A DNA stretch of 64,000 bases from Mycobacteriales bacterium (lineage in GTDB: Bacteria; Actinomycetota; Actinomycetes; JAFAQI01): NCBI GenBank assembly GCA_035547035.1, contig DASZVL010000092.1, positions 86,113 through 150,112 on the forward strand, in the 5' to 3' direction. The notes beneath the pieces were generated by a model. The model was not told the origin of the DNA and made no database searches. It worked only from the letters and a program-made list of their open reading frames with translations. Of this stretch, positions 39,696-48,990 are shown in pieces (the first letter of the stretch is position 1; each line of letters starts with the position of its first letter). The position numbers and the translations under genes are program-made.

Positions 39696-40668
39696 GCGAC
39701 GGACCCAGCTCAGAAAGCGCGCGCCGCGGCGCGCCGCGGTCGAGGCGTTCCTGAACCAGCTCCCGCACCATCGCGACGAAGCGCGCGTCCGCCGCCGGCG
39801 GGTCGGTGCGGTGAAACCCGAGGCCGAGCTTCTTCGCCGTGTCTGCAGCGGCGACGTCCAGATCCCATCGGACCTCGATGTGGTCGCTGACGAAACCGAT
39901 CGGGACGACGACGACGTCAGTGGCGCCATCGGCCGCGATCCCGCGCAAGGCCTCGTCGACGTCCGGCCCGAGCCATGGCACGGTCGGTGGCCCGCTTCGA
40001 CTCGAGAACGCCAGGTCCCACTCGACGCGCGGCGCCGCAGCCGCGACAAGTGCTGCCGCAGCCTCTAGCTGCTTGACGTACAGCCCGCCGGAGGGTCCGG
40101 CGGCTGCCGCCATCGCCTCGGGGATGGCGTGTGCGACGAACAACAGCCGTGGTCGCGTCCGGTCCGGGTCGATGCGGTCGAGCACATCGGCGACAGCATC
40201 CATCTGCGGGGTGATGAATCCCGGGTGGTCGAAGTAGTGACGCAGCTTGTGCAGCTGCGGCGCCGTCGTCCCCAACGGCGCCGCAGCCCCGGCAAGGTCA
40301 TCCTGGTACTGCCGGCACGCGGAGTACGACGCATACGCCGAAGTGACGAACACCAACGCGCTGCGGACCCCTGCCGCAGCCATGTCCTTGACGGCGTCCG
40401 CGACGTAAGGCGACCAGTTGCGGTTGCCCCAGAAGACCGGCAGCTCCAGGCCGTGCGCGGCGAGCTCCTCGACGATCGACGCGACGAGGGCGCGGTTCTG
40501 GGCGTTGATCGGCGAGACGCCACCGAAGTGCAGGTAGTGGTCGGCGACCTCCTGCAACCTCGCCACCGGCACGTCGCGCCCGCGCGTGACGTTCTCGAGA
40601 AACGGCATCACCTCGTCGGGGCCCTCCGGACCGCCGAAGGACAGGACGAGCAGCGCGTCGTACGTCAG
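39652..40668 (-). CDS. hemH: (coproporphyrin) ferrochelatase, likely [2Fe-2S]-type
   Basis: FLENVTRGR, HYLHFGGVSPIN, and Cys residues ACRQY plus the C-terminal CPAGCC. The conserved N-terminal strand YDALLVLSFGGPEGPDEV lies upstream of the first canonical start (GTG 40611). The 5' end is therefore placed at CTG 40668, which has AAGGA 7 nt upstream. Confidence 0.85.
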   Translation of the reverse strand: MTYDALLVLSFGGPEGPDEVMPFLENVTRGRDVPVARLQEVADHYLHFGGVSPINAQNRALVASIVEELAAHGLELPVFWGNRNWSPYVADAVKDMAAAGVRSALVFVTSAYASYSACRQYQDDLAGAAAPLGTTAPQLHKLRHYFDHPGFITPQMDAVADVLDRIDPDRTRPRLLFVAHAIPEAMAAAAGPSGGLYVKQLEAAAALVAAAAPRVEWDLAFSSRSGPPTVPWLGPDVDEALRGIAADGATDVVVVPIGFVSDHIEVRWDLDVAAADTAKKLGLGFHRTDPPAADARFVAMVRELVQERLDRGAPRRALSELGPSHDVCPAGCCRVPGR

Positions 40669-40705
40669 CGCTGTGTCCTTCGCGCATCTGACACGACGAC
40701 GCGAC

Positions 40706-41875
40706 TCAACGAAGTGGATTCGCCTTCAAGAGGTTGCGTGACATGACCACGCGAAGGATCTGATTGGTGCCTTCGTAGATCTGGGTGATCTTGGCGTCGC
40801 GCATCATCCGCTCGAGCGGGAAGTCACGCGTGTAGCCGTACCCACCAAGCAGCTGCACGCCATCTGTCGTGACTTCCATCGCGGCGTCGGATGCGAAGCA
40901 CTTCGCAGCGGCCGACATGAAGGTGAGGTTCGGCTCGAGCCGCTCCGACATCGCGGCCGCCTGGTAGATCAGGGCACGCGCCGCTTCGGTCTTCATCGCC
41001 ATGTCCGCGAGGATGAACGCGACGCCTTGGAACTCGGCGATCGCCTTCCCGAACTGCTTGCGCTCCTGGACGTAGCGGGTGCAGTAGTCGACAGCGCCCT
41101 GCGCGATGCCGAGAGCCTGCGCACCGATCGTGAGTCGCGTGTGGTCGAGCGTCCTGAGGGCCGTCTTGAAGCCCGTCCCCTCGTCGCCGATCATGCGCTC
41201 GGCGGGTATCCGGACGTTGTCGAAGTAGACCTCCGCGGTCGGCGAGCCCTTGATGCCGAGCTTCTTCTCGGGGGCACCGAAGCTGACGCCGCCGTCGTCC
41301 TTCTCGACGACGAACGCCGAGATCCCGTTCGCGCCACGATCGGGATCAGTCACTGCCATGACCGTGTAGAACTTCGACACGCCGGCATTGGTGATCCACC
41401 GCTTCGTGCCGTTGAGGACCCAGCTGTCGCCGTCGCGCTCCGCGCGAGTCTTCATGCCGCCCGCATCGCTCCCGGCTTCCGGCTCGGACAGGCAGTAGCT
41501 GAACATGCCCTCGCCGCTCGCAAGCCGAGGCAGATAGGCCTTCTTGAGGTCCTCGCCGCCGGACAGCAGCAGTCCCATCGTGCCCAGCTTGTTGACCGCG
41601 GGGATCAACGACGAGGCCGCGCATGCGCGGGCGACCTCTTCGATGACGATCGCTGAGGCGATCGCGTCGGCTCCCACGCCGTCGTACTCCTCCGGCACAT
41701 GCACCGCGTGCAGATCGGCGGCGACAAGGGCGTCGTGGACGTCTTGCGGGAACTCGGCCTTCTCGTCGATCTCAGCCGCGCGGGGCGCGATCTTGTCGTC
41801 GGCGAGCTCGCGCACGGTCTTGCGCAGCAGCTCGTGCTCTTCGGGGAGGGTGTACAGGTCGAAGCCGGGATTCAC
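40706..41875 (-). CDS. acyl-CoA dehydrogenase (FadE25-like)
   Basis: 389 aa from GTG 41875 (VNPGFDLYTLPEEHELLRKTVRELADDKIAPRAAEIDEKAEFP). C-terminal QIYEGTNQI. The longer track ORF start at 41959 would overlap the divergent ugd gene. Confidence 0.92.
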   Translation of the reverse strand: MNPGFDLYTLPEEHELLRKTVRELADDKIAPRAAEIDEKAEFPQDVHDALVAADLHAVHVPEEYDGVGADAIASAIVIEEVARACAASSLIPAVNKLGTMGLLLSGGEDLKKAYLPRLASGEGMFSYCLSEPEAGSDAGGMKTRAERDGDSWVLNGTKRWITNAGVSKFYTVMAVTDPDRGANGISAFVVEKDDGGVSFGAPEKKLGIKGSPTAEVYFDNVRIPAERMIGDEGTGFKTALRTLDHTRLTIGAQALGIAQGAVDYCTRYVQERKQFGKAIAEFQGVAFILADMAMKTEAARALIYQAAAMSERLEPNLTFMSAAAKCFASDAAMEVTTDGVQLLGGYGYTRDFPLERMMRDAKITQIYEGTNQILRVVMSRNLLKANPLR

Positions 41876-41927
41876 CCGAACATGGTAGGGGCCGTTAGTA
41901 GGACGTCCTACCTCGTACCCTGGCCGG

Positions 41928-43250
41928 ATGACCGCCCCCCGCATGACGGTGCTCGGCACCGGCTACCTCGGGGCCACCCACGCAGTGTGCATGGCGTCGC
42001 TCGGCTTCGAGGTGCTCGGCCTGGACGTCGACGCGTCGAAGGTCGAACGACTGGCGAGAGGCGAAGTCCCGTTCTACGAGCCGGGCCTCGAGCCGCTGCT
42101 CCGCAAGACGCTCGCGTCCGGTCGGCTGCGCTTCACCACGTCGTACGAAGAGGTGGCCGAGTTCGGTGACGTCCACTTCCTGTGCGTCGGGACGCCGCAG
42201 AAGGAGAACGAGTACGCCGCCGACCTCTCCTACGTCAACGCGTCGGTAGCCAGCCTCGCCCCGCTGCTCGAGCGGCCGTGCGTGTTCGCCGGCAAGTCCA
42301 CCGTGCCGGTCGGCAGCGCCGAGCAGATCGCGACCCAGATCCACTCGACCGCGCCGGCAGGCGAAGCCGTCGAGACCGTCTGGAACCCAGAGTTCCTGCG
42401 CGAAGGGTTCGCCGTCGAGGACACGCTTCATCCCGACCGACTCGTGTTCGGCGTGATGTCGGAGCGCGGCGAACAGGCGATGCGTGAGGCTTACGAACCG
42501 GTCATTGCCGGTGGCACGCCGGTCGTGGTTACCGACCTCGCCACTGCCCAGCTGGTGAAGGTTGCCGCCAACGCGTTCCTCGCGACGAAGATCTCGTTCA
42601 TCAACGCGATGGCGGAGGTGTGCGAGGCCACTCGCGCCGACGTCACGAAGCTCTCGGAAGCGCTCTCCCACGACTCGCGGATCGGCGGGCGCTTCCTGCA
42701 CGCAGGTCTCGGGTTCGGTGGCGGGTGCCTTCCCAAGGACATCCGGGCTTTCATGGCGCGCGCAGGCGAGCTCGGCGTCGACCAGGCGCTCACCTTCCTC
42801 ACCCACGTCGACGCGATCAACCTGCGCCGGCGGGCGCGGATGGTCGACCTCGCGCGCGAGCTGCTCGACGAGTCGGTCGCGAACCAGCGGATCGCGGTGC
42901 TGGGCGCGGCCTTCAAGCCCAACAGCGACGACATCCGCGACTCCCCGGCCCTCGACGTCGCGACTCGACTGCACCAGGCGGGCGCCGACGTCGCCGTCTA
43001 CGACCCGGCGGCCATGGACAACGCCCGCGTTCGCTACCCGGACCTCAGGTACGTCGACTCGACGACCGAGGCGGCGCAGGGCGCGCATCTCGTGCTGCTG
43101 CTCACCGAGTGGCTGGAGTTCCGCGAAGCAGATCCGATGGTTCTCGGCGAGGTGGTCGCCGCGCGCAACATCGTGGACGGCCGCAACGCGCTCGACCCGG
43201 AACGCTGGCGAAGCGCCGGTTGGACGTACCGAGCACTCGGTCGCCCATGA
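41928..43250 (+). CDS. ugd: UDP-glucose 6-dehydrogenase
   Basis: 440 aa. MTVLGTGYLGATHA Rossmann motif and the catalytic-Cys region GFGGGCLPKD. Confidence 0.95.
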   Translation: MTAPRMTVLGTGYLGATHAVCMASLGFEVLGLDVDASKVERLARGEVPFYEPGLEPLLRKTLASGRLRFTTSYEEVAEFGDVHFLCVGTPQKENEYAADLSYVNASVASLAPLLERPCVFAGKSTVPVGSAEQIATQIHSTAPAGEAVETVWNPEFLREGFAVEDTLHPDRLVFGVMSERGEQAMREAYEPVIAGGTPVVVTDLATAQLVKVAANAFLATKISFINAMAEVCEATRADVTKLSEALSHDSRIGGRFLHAGLGFGGGCLPKDIRAFMARAGELGVDQALTFLTHVDAINLRRRARMVDLARELLDESVANQRIAVLGAAFKPNSDDIRDSPALDVATRLHQAGADVAVYDPAAMDNARVRYPDLRYVDSTTEAAQGAHLVLLLTEWLEFREADPMVLGEVVAARNIVDGRNALDPERWRSAGWTYRALGRP

Positions 43251-43258
43251 CCTGGGCC

Positions 43259-43287
43259 GCCGCCGGCCGTCGCCCGATCGGCGGCTT
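43259..43287 (+). terminator. possible stem-loop downstream of ugd
   Basis: GCCGCCG (43259-43265), a 13-nt loop, then CGGCGGC (43279-43285) followed by TT. GC-rich 7-bp stem and a weak U-tract, so function is uncertain. Confidence 0.3.
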
Positions 43288-43367
43288 GCGCCAGGACGGA
43301 TTGGCCCAGAAGACTGAAGCTGCCCACCGACGAGACTGAAACCGAACACGTGGGGTAGTACCGGACC

Positions 43368-43550
43368 GTGATGGGTGACGACGACCGCATGACCGACAGC
43401 GGCCAGCGCGAGCTCGATGTGGCGCTTCGGCTGCTGTCCGAGGGCGTGCCGCTCTCGTTGCTGCTCGATCTCGCGACTCCGCCGCACTCCGACGAGATCT
43501 ATCGCGACGAGGCGGGCGACGCGGCCTGGCTGGTCGGCGCCTCTTCCTGA
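43368..43550 (+). CDS. small acidic hypothetical protein (60 aa)
   Basis: GTG/ATG at 43368/43371. MMGDDDRMTDSGQRELDVALRLLSEGVPLSLLLDLATPPHSDEIYRDEAGDAAWLVGASS. High GC3. Its last 52 nt overlap the 3' end of menE on the opposite strand. Confidence 0.45.
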   Translation: MMGDDDRMTDSGQRELDVALRLLSEGVPLSLLLDLATPPHSDEIYRDEAGDAAWLVGASS

Positions 43551-44689
43551 TCGGCGGCGGCAGCGGCTGCAAGCCGGCGCAACGCGAGCCGGTCGGGCTT
43601 CCCGGACGACAGCCGTGGCATCGCGGCCACGACCACCACGCCTCGAGGCAGCGCAGCTGCCGGCAGCGCTGCCCGGCACCACTCGCGGAGCTCGGCGAGT
43701 GAAGGCGCCGGCTCTACTCGCGACACCACGACGGCGACCACCCGATCGCCCCACCGGCGGTCCGGGACGCCGACGACCTCCGCGTCGGCGATCGCGGCGT
43801 GACGGCGCAGCTCGCGGGCGACCTCGCCGGCGACGACGTTCTCGCCCCCGCTGACGATCACGTCGTCGACCCGGCTGAGCACCCGCAACCGGCCATCCTC
43901 GTCGAGCCGGCCGAGATCGTTGGTCACGAGCCAACCGTCTTCGAACGCCGCCTGGGTGAGGTCTGGTCGCAGCCGATAGCCACTCATGAGCATCGGGCCG
44001 CGAAGCGCGATCCGGCCGTCCGGACGGATCGCGACCTCGACGCCGTCGAGCGGGATGCCGTCGTACACGCAGCCGCCCGCGGTCTCGCTCATGCCGTACG
44101 TCGTGACGAAGGGAACCCGCGCGTCACGAGCGCGCTCGAGGAGGTCCTCGCTCGCCGCGCCGCCACCGAGCAGCACCACCCGGAACCGGGTGAGATCGAC
44201 GCCCTCGTCCAGCAGCGTGACCAGCTGGGCCGGCACGAGCGAGGTCAGCGTCGCCTCCGCGGCGGCGAAGCGCGACACCTCGAACCGCTCGTGCACCACG
44301 AGCGGAATGCCGAGCCGGCGTGCTCGCAGCATCACCTGCAGCCCGCCGACGTGATGCCACGGCAGGCACGACAGCCACACGTCGTCGGGTTGGTGCCCGA
44401 TCCGGTTATGCACCGCGAGATTCGCCGCCTCGAGCGCAGCGTGGGTCAGCTCTACGCCCTTCGGCTCTCCGGTCGACCCGGAGGTCGCGATGACGAGGGC
44501 GACGTCGTCGGCGGCCGGCTGGTCGGGCGACATCGCCGCTCGCAACGCATCGCGAGCCGGCGGGGGCGCCGTGGGATCCAGCGGGAGCACGGCATGGCCG
44601 GCCGCCCACGCCGAGTCGAGCGCAGCGACGAACTCCTCGCCTGGCGGCATCGCCAGGCTGATGAGGGATCGCGAAGCGGTGGCTGGCAT
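43499..44689 (-). CDS. menE: o-succinylbenzoate-CoA ligase
   Basis: 396 aa from ATG 44689. AMP-binding motifs ATSGSTGEPKGV, TYGMSETAGG and SGKPDR. Divergent from menA. Confidence 0.9.
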   Translation of the reverse strand: MPATASRSLISLAMPPGEEFVAALDSAWAAGHAVLPLDPTAPPPARDALRAAMSPDQPAADDVALVIATSGSTGEPKGVELTHAALEAANLAVHNRIGHQPDDVWLSCLPWHHVGGLQVMLRARRLGIPLVVHERFEVSRFAAAEATLTSLVPAQLVTLLDEGVDLTRFRVVLLGGGAASEDLLERARDARVPFVTTYGMSETAGGCVYDGIPLDGVEVAIRPDGRIALRGPMLMSGYRLRPDLTQAAFEDGWLVTNDLGRLDEDGRLRVLSRVDDVIVSGGENVVAGEVARELRRHAAIADAEVVGVPDRRWGDRVVAVVVSRVEPAPSLAELREWCRAALPAAALPRGVVVVAAMPRLSSGKPDRLALRRLAAAAAADQEEAPTSQAASPASSR

Positions 44690-44760
44690 CGTTGTACGAC
44701 GGTAGACGGCAGCAGACGAGGAGCGCGAGACACGTGGGCGACGAGCAACCATCGCGAACG

Positions 44761-45639
44761 ATGGTGTGGGTCGAAGCCGCGCGCCCGCGCACCCTGCCTG
44801 CGTCGCTGGCACCCGTCCTCGTGGGCACCGCAGCCGGTGCCGGCACCAAGGGCTTCTCACATTTGTCGGGAGGTCGCTTCGGACTCGTCGTCCTCGTCGC
44901 GCTGGCCGTTCAGATCGCGGTCAACTACGCCAACGACTACTTCGACGGGGTGCGCGGCGTCGACACCGTGCAACGCGCCGGGCCGCGCCGCGCGGTGGCG
45001 AGTGGCCTCGTGTCGCCGCGCGCGATGCGAATCGCGATCGCGATCGCGATGGCGGTCGCTGCGGGCGCCGGGCTGGCCCTGGCCGCGATCGTCTCGTGGT
45101 GGTTGCTGCTCGTCGGAGCCGCCGCGTTCGTTGCGTTGCTCGGCTACAGCGGCGGACCGCGGCCTTACGCGTCCGCGGGCCTAGGAGAGCTCTTCGTGTT
45201 CCTCTTCTTCGGCCTCGTCGCGACCCTCGGCTCGTCGTACGTCCAGCATTCGCGGCTTCCCGCGACGGCGTGGATCGCGGCTGTCGCCACCGGCGTCCTC
45301 GCCGTCGCAATCCTCGTCGTGAACAACCTGCGCGACGTGCCCACCGACGCGATCGCGGGCAAGCGAACCCTCGCCGTCCGCATCGGCGAGGCCCGAACCC
45401 GGCAGCTCTTCGTCGGCGCGATCGCGCTGGGTCTCGGCCTGGCGGTCATCGGCGAGCCGGTGGCCGCCCGGTCCGCGTGGCCGCTGCTGGCGTTGCTGGC
45501 GCTGCCGCTGGCACGCGAGCCCGTCGCGGCGGTTCGTGGCGGCGGCGTCGGCCGAGCACTCATCCCAGCCCTCGGTGGCACCGGGAAGCTCGAGCTCGCC
45601 GTCGCCGTGCTCCTGGCTGCCGGTCTGCTCCTGGGGTGA
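44761..45639 (+). CDS. menA: 1,4-dihydroxy-2-naphthoate polyprenyltransferase
   Basis: 292 aa from ATG 44761. UbiA-family motifs NDYFDGVRGVD and a second Asp-rich region NNLRDVPTD. Polytopic. Confidence 0.93.
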   Translation: MVWVEAARPRTLPASLAPVLVGTAAGAGTKGFSHLSGGRFGLVVLVALAVQIAVNYANDYFDGVRGVDTVQRAGPRRAVASGLVSPRAMRIAIAIAMAVAAGAGLALAAIVSWWLLLVGAAAFVALLGYSGGPRPYASAGLGELFVFLFFGLVATLGSSYVQHSRLPATAWIAAVATGVLAVAILVVNNLRDVPTDAIAGKRTLAVRIGEARTRQLFVGAIALGLGLAVIGEPVAARSAWPLLALLALPLAREPVAAVRGGGVGRALIPALGGTGKLELAVAVLLAAGLLLG

Positions 45640-46595
45640 GTACCGCCGACCCGGTGACGGCCGTCTACGACATCCCGATGCGGGTGCGATTCCGCGGCCA
45701 GGACCGCCGCACCGGCCTGCTCCTGCGCGGCCCAGCAGGGTGGGGCGAGTTCTCGCCCTTTCCCGAGTACGACGCAGCCGTGTCGGCGCGGTGGCTGGCC
45801 GCGGCTCAGGAGGCGGCGACGGAAGGCTGGCCCGACCCGGTGCGATCGTCGGTACCGGTGAACACGACGGTCCCCGCGGTCGGTCCCGAGCGAGCGCACG
45901 CGCTGGTCGCGTCTTCCGGCTGCCGCACCGCGAAGGTCAAGGTCGCGGAGACCGGGCAGACGCTCGCCGACGACATCGCACGCGTCGAGGCGGTGCGAGA
46001 CGCGCTGGGTCCCGACGGCGCGCTACGAGTCGACGCAAACGCGGCGTGGGACCTCGACTCGGCGGCCGATGCACTGCGTGCGCTCACGCGCTTCGATCTC
46101 GAGTACGCCGAGCAGCCGGTCCGCAGCCTCGAAGAGATGGCCCTGCTGCGCCGGCGGGTCGACGTACGGCTCGCTGCCGACGAGTCGGTGCGGACCGCGG
46201 CGGATCCGCTGCGGGTCGCGGGCCTCGAGGCGGCCGACGTCGTCGTCCTGAAGGTGCAGCCGCTCGGCGGGGTACGTCGCTGCCTGGATGTCGCGGAGGC
46301 GTGTGGCCTGCCGGTCGTCGTGTCGAGCGCCATCGAGACCTCGGTGGGCATTGCGGCGGGCGTCGCGCTCGCCGCCGCGCTTCCCGACCTGCCGTTCGCG
46401 TGCGGGCTCGGGACGGTGCCGCTGATCGACGGCGACGTCTGCGCCGACCCGCTGTTGCCGGTCGACGGCGAGCTGCCGGTGCGGCCGGCGCGCCCGGATC
46501 CGGGCTTGCTCGCGACGCATGCCGCCGACGATGCGACTCGCAACAGGTGGCTGGAGCGGCTGGCCGCGGCGCAGGAGGTGCTGGATGCCCGCTGA
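45636..46595 (+). CDS. menC: o-succinylbenzoate synthase
   Basis: 319 aa from GTG 45636 (GTGA overlap with the menA stop). Enolase-superfamily residues in KVKV, LRVDANAAW, LEYAEQP and LAADES. Confidence 0.9.
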   Translation: MSTADPVTAVYDIPMRVRFRGQDRRTGLLLRGPAGWGEFSPFPEYDAAVSARWLAAAQEAATEGWPDPVRSSVPVNTTVPAVGPERAHALVASSGCRTAKVKVAETGQTLADDIARVEAVRDALGPDGALRVDANAAWDLDSAADALRALTRFDLEYAEQPVRSLEEMALLRRRVDVRLAADESVRTAADPLRVAGLEAADVVVLKVQPLGGVRRCLDVAEACGLPVVVSSAIETSVGIAAGVALAAALPDLPFACGLGTVPLIDGDVCADPLLPVDGELPVRPARPDPGLLATHAADDATRNRWLERLAAAQEVLDAR

Positions 46596-48279
46596 GAACG
46601 CCGGCCGCGCCTTCGCTCTCGTGCTGGTCGACCAGCTCGCCCGGCTCGGCGTGCGGCATGCGGTCGTCGCACCCGGCTCACGGTCGACCCCGATCGCGCT
46701 CGCACTGCTCGACCATCCCGACATCGACGTCCACGTCCGGATCGACGAGCGGAGCGCGGCGTACCTCGCCCTGGGCATCGCGAAGGCGAGTGGGAGGGTC
46801 GTCCCGGTGCTGTGCACCTCGGGCACCGCGACGACGTACTTCCACGGCGCGGTGATGGAGGCCGACCTTGCGCGCGTCCCGCTGCTCGTGCTCACCGCGG
46901 ACCGGCCGCCGGAGCTGCACGGCATCGGGGCGAACCAGACCGTCGGGCAGTCGGGCTTGTACGGCGGTGCGGTGCGGCTGAGTGTCGACGTCCCGGTGCC
47001 GGAGTCATCCGCCTCCTCGGTCAAGCAGTGGCGCGAGCTCGCGTTCAAGGCCGTCGTCGCCTGCACCGGTGGCGACGGCATTCCGGCGGGGCCGGTTCAC
47101 CTCAACCTCGCGCTCCGCGAGCCGCTCGTGCCGATCGACGACGGGATCGGGTTCCCCTTCGACCTCGAGATGAACGCGCCTCGGATCAGCGTCAGACGCA
47201 CTCGCGGTGCCGGCGGCGCGGTCACCTCGCTCGCTGCGCAGCTCGCCGGGAAGAAGGCCGGCGTCGTGGTCGTCGGCGACGCGGCCGGCGATCCCGAGCC
47301 GATCATTCGCTGGTGTGAGGACGCGGGTTGGCCGCTCATCGCGGAGCCTCACAGCAACGCGCGGCAGGGGATCAACGCGCTTCGTGCGACGGACATCCTG
47401 TTGCGCGACGAGGACTTCGTCGCCGGCCACCAACCCGATCTCGTCGTTGTCGTCGGCCGGGTGGGGCTGTCTCGCGCTCTCCAGGACTGGCTGCGCACCG
47501 TTCCCCACATCGTGCTCTCCCCCGACGGCGGAAACTGGGACACCACGCGGTCAGCCACCGCCGTGCTCACCGCATCGACCGATGTGCTCGACCAGGTCAT
47601 GGCCGACACGCACCGAGCCGAACCCGGTTGGCTCGACGGCTGGCTCGCCGCCGCCAACCGCGCGGGAACGGCGGTCGACGCCGTGCTCGACTCAGCGGGC
47701 CTCCTGAACGAGCCACGGGTTGCTCGTGACGTCGCCCGTCTCCTCCCTGCCGGGGGAAGCCTGGTCGTGGCGTCGTCGATGCCGATCCGCGACCTCGACG
47801 TGGTGATGGAGCCACGCGGCGACGTCACGGTCTATGCGAACCGTGGCGTGAGCGGCATCGACGGCTTCGTGTCGTCAGCCATCGGGATCTCGCTCGCCCA
47901 TCCCGAGTCGCCGACCGTCGCGCTGTGCGGCGACCTGTCGTTGCTGCACGACATCAACGGGCTCGCGACGGGTGCGGAGCCGATGCGGAACATCACGTTC
48001 ATCGTGATCAACAACGACGGCGGCGGGATCTTCTCGATGCTGCCGCAGGGGTCCGCCGTCGCGCCTGGTGCTTTCGAGCGGCTCTTCGGGACGCCGCACG
48101 GCGTGGGGATCGAACAGCTGGCGTCGGCCTACGGCGTCGAGCACCGGCTGATCTCGAGCCACGGCGAGCTCGCCGCATTGCTGGCGCCGTCGCACGGCAT
48201 CCGCATCCTCGAGGTACGCACGGACCGGGCGGAGAACGCGGAGCTGCACGCCAGGATGCGTGAGATCAGTCCTGGGTAA
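46585..48279 (+). CDS. menD: SEPHCHC synthase (2-succinyl-5-enolpyruvyl-6-hydroxy-3-cyclohexene-1-carboxylate synthase)
   Basis: 564 aa from ATG 46585 (11-nt overlap with menC). ThDP-enzyme features: GSRSTPIALA, ERSAAYLALG and the ThDP motif GDLSLLHDINGL...NNDGGGIF. Confidence 0.93.
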   Translation: MPAENAGRAFALVLVDQLARLGVRHAVVAPGSRSTPIALALLDHPDIDVHVRIDERSAAYLALGIAKASGRVVPVLCTSGTATTYFHGAVMEADLARVPLLVLTADRPPELHGIGANQTVGQSGLYGGAVRLSVDVPVPESSASSVKQWRELAFKAVVACTGGDGIPAGPVHLNLALREPLVPIDDGIGFPFDLEMNAPRISVRRTRGAGGAVTSLAAQLAGKKAGVVVVGDAAGDPEPIIRWCEDAGWPLIAEPHSNARQGINALRATDILLRDEDFVAGHQPDLVVVVGRVGLSRALQDWLRTVPHIVLSPDGGNWDTTRSATAVLTASTDVLDQVMADTHRAEPGWLDGWLAAANRAGTAVDAVLDSAGLLNEPRVARDVARLLPAGGSLVVASSMPIRDLDVVMEPRGDVTVYANRGVSGIDGFVSSAIGISLAHPESPTVALCGDLSLLHDINGLATGAEPMRNITFIVINNDGGGIFSMLPQGSAVAPGAFERLFGTPHGVGIEQLASAYGVEHRLISSHGELAALLAPSHGIRILEVRTDRAENAELHARMREISPG

Positions 48280-48288
48280 GGTCGCCCC

Positions 48289-48987
48289 ATGGCTGATGAG
48301 AACCCGCGGCAGAACGTCACCTTCCCGAGCAACGGCAGCGAGGCGCACGGCTACCTCGCCGTGCCGGCCTCGGGAAGCGGTCCTGGTGTGATCGTGATCC
48401 AGGAGTGGTGGGGTCTGACCGACCACATCGCGAGCATCTCCGACCGGCTCGCTGCCGAGGGCTTCGTCGCTCTCGCACCAGACCTGTACGGCGGGAAGAC
48501 CGCGCACGACGCAGACACGGCCGGCTCGCTGATGATGAGCCTTCCGGTCGAGCAGGCAGCACTCGACCTCGCGGGCGCCGTCGACTTCCTGCTGGGCCAC
48601 GAGGCGGTCACGTCGTCCCGGATCGGCGCGATCGGCTTCTGCATGGGCGGCGGCTTCGTGCTGATGCTCGCAGCGCAGCAGGGCGACCGGGTCGCCGCAG
48701 CCGTGCCGTTCTACGGCGTCGGTCCGGCCGTCCCGGACGCCTACGCCGGCATCAGGGCTGCGGTTCAGGGTCACTACGCCGAGAACGACGACTTCTTCCC
48801 CGCCGACCAGGCGAGGGCGCAGGAGCAGCAGATCCGCACCGAGTCAGGTGCGGACGTCGAGTACTTCTTCTATCCGGCCGGTCATGCGTTCAACAACGAC
48901 GAGAACCTGCTCGGCACCTACGACAAGGAGCAGGCGGATCTCGCCTGGGGCCGCGCCGTCGACTTCCTGAAGGCGAGACTGACCTAG
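48289..48987 (+). CDS. dienelactone hydrolase family alpha/beta hydrolase
   Basis: 232 aa. GPGVIVIQEWWGL and the nucleophile motif IGAIGFCMGGG (Cys-type DLH). Starts 9 nt after the menD stop. Confidence 0.88.
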   Translation: MADENPRQNVTFPSNGSEAHGYLAVPASGSGPGVIVIQEWWGLTDHIASISDRLAAEGFVALAPDLYGGKTAHDADTAGSLMMSLPVEQAALDLAGAVDFLLGHEAVTSSRIGAIGFCMGGGFVLMLAAQQGDRVAAAVPFYGVGPAVPDAYAGIRAAVQGHYAENDDFFPADQARAQEQQIRTESGADVEYFFYPAGHAFNNDENLLGTYDKEQADLAWGRAVDFLKARLT

Positions 48988-48990
48988 CCG

